DNA from: Lama guanicoe
Lineage: Eukaryota
Direction of reading: 5' to 3'
NCBI GenBank assembly: GCA_013239625.1
Contig: MU053513.1
Coordinates: forward strand, 3,888,303-3,952,302
DNA: 64,000 bases
The notes below the pieces were generated by a model that was not told the DNA's origin, searched no databases, and worked only from the letters and a program-made list of their open reading frames with translations. How positions within the stretch are numbered: the first letter of the stretch is position 1; each line of letters begins with the position of its first letter. Both the position numbers and the translations under genes were made by a program. This document shows, one piece after another, positions 12,055-22,130 of this stretch.

Positions 12055-12450
12055 TAGAGTTCTAGATTCCATATCCTGGCCTCCTTCCTTCTGTCTTTAT
12101 AGCCTATTTGACTTTGGGTTTTTAACCTTTCTGGTTCTTAGTTTTCTTATCTATATTAATGCTATGCAATGTTTAGGCATTATGCAAAGCTCTTCATACA
12201 TTATCCCTTTTAATCTTCATAATAATACCATGAAATAGATATTATTTCCTATTATATGGATGAGGAAGTTGAGGTTTTGAGAGGCAAGTACCTTGTCCAA
12301 CTTGATATAACTAGTGGAAGGGTTAACATCAGATTCATGACATTCTGAGACCAATGCCCAAGGATTTAACCCCAGGTGGTTGTAAAGATAAACCGCAAAG
12401 ATAAACTGAGATAGTGGTTACATATTAGGGGCTTAACAAATGAATTATTA
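12055..12450. mobile_element. Nested MIRs: a + strand MIR interrupted by a - strand MIR (about 12145-12370)
   Basis: + core 'tttgactttgggtttttaacctttctggttcttagttttcttatct'; - core 'gatgaggaagttgaggttttgagaggcaagtaccttgtccaac'; + tail resumes 'gttgtaaagataaa'. Confidence 0.55.
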
Positions 12451-12451
12451 A

Positions 12452-13900
12452 TTCAATAGATATTTATGACTGCTTCTCCTGCATGTCATGTACTAGTCTA
12501 TGAATTTAGACTATAGCAATTAATAATAAAGATAGTCTATGGACTTATGAAAATTACACTGCTATGAGGAAAACAGATAATAAAAAATTAATATTCCAGG
12601 TAGTGATGACACTTATGAAGAAAAATGAGGCAAGGTAAGGTATAGAGAGTGATGAAGATGAGATGAGTGTTTTTCATGGTTTCTGTGATAAGGTGACGTT
12701 TGAACAGACACTTGGATAAAGTGAGGGAGCAAGGTACATAGAAATAAGTGGGAAGAATATTCAAGCAGAGAGAAAAGCTAGTGCAGAGCCTTGAAATATC
12801 CAAGGAAGACTAGAGAGTTCTGTCTAGCTAGAATGGAGTGACCTAGAAGAAAAATACTGGGAGATGAAATCAGAAAAACAGAGACAATATGATGAAGGGC
12901 CTTGTAGACCATAGTTAAGAACTTTGGACTTTATTCTGAATGAGATAGGAAGCTACTGTAGGATAATTTCAAGCAAAGAAGTGATACTATCTGGTGTCAG
13001 TTTTAAGATAAGGAATACCCTTGTTGCTCATTAGATTATGGGGTAAATTATTAAACTGAAGCCAGATTGAAAGTGGAGCTGTAATTGGACTTGATTTTAG
13101 ATTAGATTTGACTGAGAATGGTGTGAGAGGGTCTCAAAGAAGTTTTTGAACTGAGCAGCTGAAAAAATGGAGTTGCTACTTAAGAATTAAGGAAGGGTAA
13201 AGGTAGGGGTTAGAAATAGGAACACAGGAGTTCAGGTTGGGAAATATTGTATATGAGATATCTCCTAGGCAGCCAAATGGAGATGTCTAGTGCACAGTGG
13301 ATAGACAAATATGGAATTCAAGGGAGAAGTTGGAGTTAGAGATACACATTTAAGAGCCATTCATCTATAAATGGTATTTTAAGTATGGAACTGGTTAAGA
13401 TCACTGGAGAGGAGAGTTAAGTAGAGGACTGAGAGATCTGAGGCCCAGGGCCCTCTTACAGTTCTGGAAGATGAGTCGGAACCAGTAGAGAAGACTGAAA
13501 AGGAGAACTGAGAAAACTGACAGAATAGAAAACAAGAGAGCACTGTTAACGGTTGCCAAGTAAAGAAAGCAATTCAAAGATGAAGAAGTGGTCAACTGTA
13601 TCAAATATTGCTTAAAGGACAAGTAAGATGAGCATTGGACTTGATAATGGGGAGGTCACTGGTGATGTTGACAAAAGTGGTTTTCAAACAGCTGTTGGGA
13701 AGAAAACCTCATTAGTGTGACTTCAAGAGAGAATGGGAGGGAAGGAAGGCTAAACAGGATTTTGAAGATTTTTGTTCCAATGGGAGCATAAAAATTGAGT
13801 GATAGCCAGAAGGAAATATAGTGCACAGGAGAGTTGTTTTTTAAAATGAGGCATATACAGCAGATTCGATGTTGATGAGGTCTTTCCTGTAGAGGGAACA
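12452..13900 (-). mobile_element. L2 LINE, long 3' portion
   Basis: Reverse L2 end 'ttcaatagatatttatga', then 'ggtgacgtttgaacagac', 'gaactttggactttattctgaatgagataggaagc', 'ggtcaactgtatcaaatattgct', 'gaggtcactggtgatgttgacaa'. Confidence 0.75.
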
Positions 13901-14044
13901 ATATATGATTAAGAAAGAAAGGGAGTAGTTCTTACTGTTATTTTACTGATTTATTGACACTGCTACTAATTATTACCACTACTGTACAATGAGAACTGGT
14001 ATTTCAGATTCATATCCAAAAGCTTTATAAATATCTCAATTCTA

Positions 14045-14300
14045 TTAACCAATGTCTACTGAGTGTTTACTGTATGACTGGGACTATTTCAGACACTTCC
14101 ATTTCTCATTTCCTAATTTATTTCTCTCAGTGACACTAATATCACCCTCATTTAACATATGAGAACACATCAATTTATCAGAGTTAAGAATTTCCCCAAG
14201 ATCACACATCCAGGGGTCTAACCCAAACCTAGGTTTGACTGTCCTCAAAACAGATTATTAATCTCTTCTAAAGCGTGTCTGGTCAACTGCTTACTATGCC
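14045..14300 (-). mobile_element. MIR SINE
   Basis: 'tactgagtgtttactgtatgactgggacta...gagttaagaatttccccaagatcacac...aaacctaggtttgact'. Confidence 0.55.
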
Positions 14301-14559
14301 TTACTCAGAAAAAAAATATTAGATTTTTTGTGGAGATTTCAACAAATAACTTACTGATTATTCTAAACCAGAAATTTCATATTTAGCAAAGGTATAGTCT
14401 TTATGACGATTTCCCGGTCTATAAAGGTTACATTTTGCTTAAACATAACTCTAAACTGGGAATCTCTGTGAATGCTACCAGACATTATGTAAATGAAAGG
14501 GTCATTTTAGGACAGCAAGACAGATGGTCTCCTATTCTTATTATTGTCTTTGAGGCCAG

Positions 14560-14780
14560 TGTGTAGGAGAATATTAAAAGATCTCTAACAGTTTTGTGGC
14601 CTTGGGCAAAATATTTAGTGTTTATTGGCCCCAGCTTTCTTATCAGAAAATGAAGATAAAAGGTGTACTTTCCAGGATTATGGCAAAGATTTCATACACT
14701 TGAAGGATAACATGTGTAAATTGCTTAGCACAGTTCATGGCACAGTGTATGCAAGCATTTAATAATGCTCACTATTGTTT
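14560..14780 (+). mobile_element. MIR SINE
   Basis: 'tgtggccttgggcaaaatatttag...cagctttcttatcagaaaatg...gtaaattgcttagcacagttcatggcacagt'. Confidence 0.55.
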
Positions 14781-15112
14781 TCCTTCTCTCGGATAGTTTG
14801 GAAAAGGCAGTTTATTTCCAACTGAATTCCAGGGAGCTTTGTGAAACTTACAGGGCCAAGGGAATTGCTTAACTGGAAGAAAATTTGTTGGGGATTGGAC
14901 AGAAAACTATATTTAGAATGAATGCTGAGTTCTAAAGAGGCTGTCTCATGCTCCAGTTCTACTCACCCAGTTTCAGCTGGGCAGCACATGCAACACGTCC
15001 TTCTTGTTATAAGGGTAACCCACCTAGACAGCTGGCTCAGTTTATCTTATGAAATCAACATCTTCCTGAAGCAAACATTTTGAATTGTGCTATATTGTCA
15101 ATGACCTAATCC

Positions 15113-15346
15113 CAGTGTTTTAAAAACACTTCCTGTAGCAGTAGAATCCCTTCTTATGCATAAAGTGTTTATATAGAATTGCAAAATATGAACTAGATAA
15201 AGGCAAACTGCTTTGCTTAAAGCTAGGCGAGGAGTGGGGGCCCGCCTCAGCCTCTGCCTCAGTGGTTTCCCCTCTTATCTCAAGTGGTCCCTGTGTTACA
15301 GTGATGGAACTTCAGGGCTCTGTGAGATCTGGTTTGAAGATCACTG
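15113..15346. mobile_element. hAT-Charlie non-autonomous DNA transposon (MER112-like; family name tentative)
   Basis: Ends cagtgtttt... and ...gtttgaagatcactg; degenerate 8-bp flanks acctaatc / gcctaagc of Charlie type. Confidence 0.6.
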
Positions 15347-15563
15347 GCCTAAGCTATCTGGGTACTAAGATTATCAATAATAAATAAGTAATAAATACAT
15401 CTTTCAATAGTGTTTATCAATCAAATGCTATATTCCAGGCATTGTGCTGAGTGGTGAGAGGGAGAATATGGTGAATAAATCAGGCCCAGCCTCAAATTAT
15501 GTAGGCTTTAACTATAGGGAAATTTATTATATTAAATGACTGCAAGTCCAGAACTAGAATGGC

Positions 15564-16073
15564 TATGGAAGGCAGTTTAATGGCTCCCCAAAGGTTTCCA
15601 TGTGCCAATCCCCCAAATCTATGAAATGTTATGTTATAATCAAACACTAATCAGCTGACCTTATATAGGGAGATTATCCTGGCTTGTTTGGGTGAGTCCA
15701 GTGTAATCAAAAGGGTCTTTAGAAGTAGAAGAGGGAAGCAGAAGAGGGGTCAAGAGTCAAAGAAAGAGACGTGATGATGGAGTAAAAGTCAGAGGGATTC
15801 AGTGTGGGAAGGACTCACCCTCCCTTCACTGGTTTGAACATAGAAGAAGGCCATGAACCAAGGAATGTGGGTGGCTCCTAGAATCAGGAGAAGATAAGGA
15901 AATGAATTCTTCCCTAGAGTTACCAGACAGGAATGCAGCCCTGCTGACACCTTGGTTTTACCGTAGTGAAACCCATTTTGGACCACTGTTTTCTAGAACT
16001 GTAAGTAATAACTTTTTGTTTAAGCCACCAAGTTTGTAGTAATTTGTTATAGTAACAATAGAAAATAAATATA
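15564..16073 (+). mobile_element. MaLR solo LTR, MLT1D-like
   Basis: 'aatggctccccaaagg...gggagattatcctgg...ccatgaaccaaggaatgtgggtggctcctagaa...tttgtagtaatttgttatagtaacaatagaaaataaatata'. Confidence 0.8.
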
Positions 16074-17142
16074 GTCGCCTTCAGGGCTTGTTAATTGAGT
16101 CACTTAATAAGTCATCATGGCATGAAGATAGACACATAGATCAATAGAATGGAACTGAGCTTTCAGAAGTAAACTCATATATTTATGGCTGTTGATTTTT
16201 GATGTAGGTACCAAGTCCATTCAATGGGGAAAGCATATTCTCTTCAATAGAGTTGCTGGGACAATAGGATTTCCATATGCAAAGAAATGAAGTTGTACCC
16301 CCACCTCACATTGTATACAAAAATGGAATTAAATTGAGTCAATAACCTAAATATAAGAGCTAAAATTATAAAAGAAGAAAACAAAGGGATCATCTTCATG
16401 ACCTTTGATTTGGCAGGAGATTCTTAGATATGACACCAAAAGCAAGAACAACAATAGCAAAATTAGTTAAATTGGACCTCATCAAAATGAAAAACTTTCA
16501 TGCATCAGAGAACGTTGTCAAGAAAGTGAAAAGACAACCTACAAAATATTTGAAAATAGTATCTGTGATAAAAGCCTATGTCCAGAATTTGTAAAGAATC
16601 TTACAACTCAACAACAAAAAGATAAACAACCTAATTAAAATATGGGCAAGGACTTGAATAGATGTTTTTCCAAATAAGAGATATGAATGGCCAACATGGA
16701 AATGTGCTTAATACTGTTAGGCTTTAGAGAAATGCAAACCAAAAGTACAATGAGATGCCACTTCACACCTACTAGGATGACTATAGTAATACTTTTTAAA
16801 TATGAAAATAACAAATATTGGTAAGGTTGTTGAGAAATTGGAGCCCTTAAGTAAAATGGTGCGGCCATTTTGGAAAGCAATTTGGCGATTTCTCAGAAAG
16901 CTAGACATAGAATTAACACAGGAGCTAGCCATTCACTCCTAGGTGTATAACTGAAAAAATGGAAAGCAGACACTCAGATACTTGTATGTCATTGTTCATT
17001 TCAGCATTGTTCACAATAGCCAAAATATGCAAATAATCTAAATGTCCATCAGCAGATGAATTGAAAAGCAACTGTTGTATATACATACAATGGAACATTT
17101 ATTTTTCAGCAATAAAAAAGCAATGAAATTCTGAGTTTTTTT

Positions 17143-17631
17143 AACATTTTTTATTGATTTATAATCATTTTACAATGTTGTGTCAAATTCCAGTGTTCAG
17201 CACAATTTTTCAGTCATACATGAACATATACACACTCATTGTCACATTTTTTTCTCTGTGAGCTACCATAAAATTTTGTGTATATTTCCCTGTGCTATAC
17301 AGTGTAATCTTGTTTATCTATTCTACAATTTTGAAATCCCAGTCTATCCCTTCCCACCCTCCGCCCCCCTGGCAACCACAAGTCTGTATTCTATGTCTAT
17401 GAGTCTATTTCTGTCCAGAGTCTATTTCTGTATTTATGCTTTTTGTTTGTTTGTTTGTTTGTTTTTGTTTTTGTTTTTTAGATTCCACATATGAGCGATC
17501 TCATATGGTATTTTTCTTTCTCTTTCTGGCTTACTTCACTTAGAATGACATTCTTCAGGAGCATCCATGTTGCTGCAAATGGCATTATGTTGTCGGTTTT
17601 TATGGCTGAGTAGTATTCCATTGTATAAATA
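17143..17631 (-). mobile_element. Young 5'-truncated L1 3' end (camelid type)
   Basis: Well-preserved L1 3' UTR, reversed; TSD tctgagttttttt at 17130-17142 and 17632-17644. Confidence 0.9.
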
Positions 17632-17637
17632 TCTGAG

Positions 17638-18022
17638 TTTTTTTTTTAATAATACACATTTATCTAGCTGTAATTTTAATACTGTTCTGAAATCTATTTA
17701 CAAATATCTCTACATAAAATCAATGCCAGTGATATAATAAATAGAGGAGTGTATGTGTCACTTTGCAAAAAAAAATAAGCCTTATACATTTATGTCTATT
17801 TATATTTTTAGAATGTTTCCCAAGGCTCATGGAACTAAAGTGTGCACACCTCACACACACACACATACACACACACACACACACACACAGCCCCCACTAT
17901 ATTCAAATCAAATGGATTTGTATTGAGTCAAATTAAATGCTATACAAAATTTGTAACCAGATACACAAAATATGAATTGAATCATGAATACACTGTTGAT
18001 AATGGGTAGCTCACAAGCCTTC
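17638..18022 (-). pseudogene. Probable retrocopied mRNA 3'-UTR fragment (parent gene not recognised)
   Basis: Non-L1 sequence inside L1MB; minus strand ends ...ATTAAA-27 nt-poly(A); AU-rich, with a TGTAAATA element and a (TG)n tract. Confidence 0.55.
17852..17889. repeat. (CA)n microsatellite, one interruption
   Basis: Read directly. Confidence 0.95.
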
Positions 18023-18107
18023 AACCTTGAAAACATTATGCTAAGTGAAATAAGCTATACACAAAAGGATAAATATTGTATGATTCTACCTGTATGAAAT
18101 ATCTAGA

Positions 18108-18134
18108 AAGTCAATTATACTTCAATTAAAAAAG
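18108..18134 (+). mobile_element. Minimal L1 3'-terminal insertion (27 nt)
   Basis: aagtcaattatacttcaattaaaaaag matches the L1 terminus at 59828-59850; TSD gaaatatctaga (18096-18107) / gaaatacctaga (18135-18146). Confidence 0.75.
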
Positions 18135-18361
18135 GAAATACCTAGACCAGGCAAATTTATAGAGATAGAAAGTAGGTTAGAGGTGGCCAGGGGCTGGGGA
18201 GGAGGGGAGATTGGAGCTATTGCTGAATGTTTACAAAGTTTCTCTTTGGGACAATGAAGAATAGACAGTGATGATGGTGGTACAACATTGTGAATGTTAT
18301 TAATGCCAACAAATTGTCCAATTAAAAATGGTTAAAACGGCAAATTCTGTGTTATATGTAT

Positions 18362-18386
18362 TATATATATATATATATATATATAT
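18362..18386. repeat. (TA)n microsatellite
   Basis: Read directly. Confidence 0.95.
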
Positions 18387-20994
18387 TTACACACACATAC
18401 ACATACATATCATATTTTCTTTATCTACTCATCTGTTGATGAATGCTTAGGTTTCCAGTAAAAAATTCATCAAGGACCCAGGTTCTTTTCTTCTTTTCTC
18501 TTTGCCATATAAAGCGTCAGTTTTATCAGCTAAGACTAGTTCTTCCTTCCTCATCTTCCTCCCTCAGACAACAAAAACTAACTGAATTATGAGAGCACTA
18601 GAACCATAGGAGGGCAAGATGAATGATATTAACATGCAGATCACAGGAATGATGCAGCCAAAAATAGTCATGTCAAGAAAAGTTAGTGGTGTCAGGGTGG
18701 ATTTCAGTCTTCAAAGACACAGCATCAGGCTAGGTCCATCTAGAAGGATGGTAGGGCTACAGAGGAAGGACGATTCAAGCCTTCCTTGGTCCCACCAGAG
18801 TACTGCAAGACTGTAGTTGTAATATGAATTAAGCAAATGTTAGTCATCATTTCTGGAAAACTCCTAGTTTATTAAAGCATTCTGGAAAACGTAAAGATTT
18901 TAGAGCCTGGTTCTGAATAAAGTAAGAAATTATTTTGGGTCCTAAGGAAGAGAGTCATGGTTGAAAAGGGTCAGTTTAAACGCAAAAACAAGAAGCCAAA
19001 TATGACATTTGGGGGAGAATAAAGTGAGATGTTGTGGGTGAGGAAACATCTACAGACAGTAAAGAGATTGGTTGATTTTAGAAGACGTCTACTGAGGAGG
19101 GAGGGGAATTCAGCAGCAGGGCTAACCTTAGGAAAAACTGAGGGCTGAAGAGTGAGTCTGCTGTCCTACTCCCAGCAGGTCCCTGATGTCTAGGCCTGCA
19201 GTCTCAATCTCGCTGCCCTCCTGCGGTTCCTCTAGCATCCCAGCTAAGGCCAGAACGTCCCACCAATGATGGCTGTTCTAAGACATGATTCAGTATTTAT
19301 GGGGCAACCCTCCAGAGCCGGACCTGGGTTTCACAATTTTGTTTTCTAGAACTTAGCTCTGTGGTCTTCACCAGAGTGGATATTTGTTATTCTTATTGTT
19401 TTTATTGTTGTTAATAAAGGTAAGGATATGATGTGGTCTTTTGGTCTCACTTGATGAGATTTTCAAGACAAGTAGTTAAGGAAGATAGTAAAATAATACG
19501 TAAGAAGAAAACACTTTTTTGAAGTTTGGTATTTTGGCATCCATAAAATACACCATATTGTCAGGCTTACCACTTGTGCCATGTCAGAGCTTTCCCAATA
19601 TTGGGCTAAATGTTGGACCTGGGGTCACATTCATCACTAGTGGAGACAGTGGTCAGCCTCAGAGGGGAGTGGATTAGAAAGGCGGAGGAATGAGACTGAT
19701 ACCAGATCCAGGAAATCTGTCAGAGGGCTGATATCTAAGGGGCTGCACCCCAAGAAAGATGGGGTTCCCAGAGAGTTGAGATAATTGTACTACCAGCCAA
19801 AGATGCAAGTGTGCTCAAGGAACTTGGAATCAAGAAGGTTGGAGATGTAAACAGAAGCTTGGATTTTGCTTACTCTCTAGCCTCAAGCTGACTCTTACAG
19901 CCTTTGTTGTTGTCGTTCTGTATGGTTTAAAGGTCTGGCAGTTTCCACTATAAGCAAAAGTTCTGATGGGCAGGGGTTGAGTGGATTCATTCTATGGTTC
20001 AGGCTCAGAGTCATGATGATTAGAGAGCAGAATGGTGGATCCTCAGATTGATGAGGGCGTTTGGTATCTCTGGAATATATAATTCAGAAGTTTGATCTTC
20101 TAGTGTTACTTGAGAGCTATGACAGTGTCTGAGTCTTAACCATTTCAAGCAGGATATCTGCTACTTATAAAGTGCATTTGTGTGGATTAGAAAAAGGTGT
20201 CCTGTCCAGTGAGCAATGCAAGCCCTATGCTAGGGCACAAAACTTGTTGAGCAGAGTTCAGGCTGGATTTCAGCTTCCAGTCATTGCGTAGGGTGGGCAT
20301 CTTTGTGTAGCGAGCGACGTGCAGAATCATATGGGATAGCTGCCCAGCTTTTACAGGCAGTGCATGAAGTTGACATGATTAGCAGATTTGGGCAAATCTC
20401 AATGCATGAAAAATTATCGAGTACATCATAGAAATTTTTTTGATTAGCTAGTTAGTGAAAACAGATCCAGGAGTCCTAACTTTCTGACCAATTTTAGATG
20501 TGACATTACTGTGCCCTGAGGATCTTTACTTTTTTTCTCATATTATCACATAAAATTGTTATCTTATTTCAACTTGTTTTATTTCAGTTTGTTCAGCTTT
20601 CTATATGAAAAGGGTGTGCAAGAAAGGTTTGATTTCATTTTAGCAAACTAACATCTTAATACTTTTATGAGATTAGGTTTTGGTTTTTCTTATGCCTGGG
20701 GTAGCCTTGATTTGGGGTAGGTGCGAGGACAAGGTGAATTTACAGTCAGCTTGGAGAAAATACTTACCTAGATTCATTATTAGAATGAGTGGCTTGAGGA
20801 GTTTCCTGAAAAGTAGATATCTCCAAAAGAAGTATCTGAACAAATCATAGTATGCAATGTTCAGTTTCAAACATCATTACTATTTCCCACCACCTTAGAA
20901 AGTTAGCGAAGCTCTGTTTAGATGAGGAGTTATAATCACCTCTGCCTGGTGTTTTGTTTTTGTGTTTGTATTATTTTTTTTCCTTTGCTTCTTC

Positions 20995-21511
20995 AGTTGT
21001 TATAATCTAATGCTATTCATTAGATTACCAGAACTGATCTATCTTATTACTGGAAGTTTGTAGCCTTTGACTTAACATCTCCCCATTTTCCCTACTGCCA
21101 GCCCCTGGCAACCACCATTCCACTCTCTGTTTCTATGAATTTCACTTTTTTAGATTCCACGTGTCTGTGATGTCATACTGTATTTGTCTTTGTCTGACTT
21201 ATCTGACTTAGCATAATGTTCTCAAGGTCTATCTATGTTGTCACAATGGCAGGTTTTTCTTCTTTTCTTATGGCTGAATTTTATATATTTATATTTATAC
21301 ACACATACACACACATACATATCATATTTTCTTTACCTGCTCATTTGTTGATGGACGCTTAGGTTGTTTCCATGTCTTGGCTATTGTGAATAATGCTGCA
21401 ATGAACATGGAGGTGCAGATATCTCTTCAAGATATCGATTTCATTTCCTTCAGATATATACCCAGAAGTGGGATTGCTGGATCATATGAGAGTTCTATTT
21501 TTAATTTTTTG
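20995..21511 (-). mobile_element. L1MA/MB-type 3' UTR fragment
   Basis: 'gcccctggcaaccaccattccactctctgtttctatga', 'gtcttggctattgtgaataatgctgcaatgaacatgg', 'cccagaagtgggattgctggatcatatg'. Confidence 0.85.
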
Positions 21512-21579
21512 TCTAATTTAAAGAATATCATCTAGATTCAGAATCTGATATATCAAGTGTGTGGTTTCCAAGGCACATA

Positions 21580-22130
21580 ACCCATTAAATATTCACTGAT
21601 TGTCTTCTGTGTTCCAGGCAGTGTGCTACGAGCTGCAAGTACAAAGTTAATCAAAAAGACAAAAGCAGGCAAAGAGGCTGCTGCAGTATGGCATTCATTG
21701 CCCAAAATATAGTGTTTGTAATAGTACAGGGGTGGGGCACCAGGCCTAGTCTTAGGGAATTGGGAAGCCCTCTTTGAGGAAGTAAAGGTGAAGATGTTCA
21801 GAAGCAAGAGGGAGCATGTCACATGCAGGGAGCTACAGGTCATTAGGGAGGGCTAGAGCACAGACTGTAAGGGGTGCAGTGGTAAGAAATGAGGATTGAT
21901 AGGAAGGCAAGAAGAAGAGTTAGGATGATGATGCCCTGAACCAAGATAATGGCAGTGGGAATAGAAAGAAGTGACAAAATTTAAAGACATTAAGGATGAG
22001 AACAAAAAACACTGGTGTTTGATTTGAGTATAAGAGGGTGTGAGAGAGGGAGGTATCATAAATGGTGCCTAGGTTTCTGACTTAGATGGGGAGTGGAATG
22101 GACTTGGGCATCTGAGTTGGGGTGAGTGAC
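21580..22130 (-). mobile_element. L2 LINE fragment
   Basis: 'aaatattcactgattgtcttctgtgttccaggcagtgtgcta', 'ctttgaggaagtaaagg', 'gcctaggtttctgacttaga'. Confidence 0.55.

Larger units (their letters stand above)
16118..18360 (+). mobile_element. Old L1 (L1MB-type) ORF2 3' end and 3' UTR, interrupted by three later insertions
   Basis: Recognisable L1 ORF2 end and 3' UTR ('gacttgaatagatgtttttccaaataagagatatgaatggccaac', 'aaccttgaaaacattatgctaagtgaaataag'); probable TSD aataagtcatca (16106-16117) / aaaaattcatca (18461-18472), 10/12. Confidence 0.9.
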
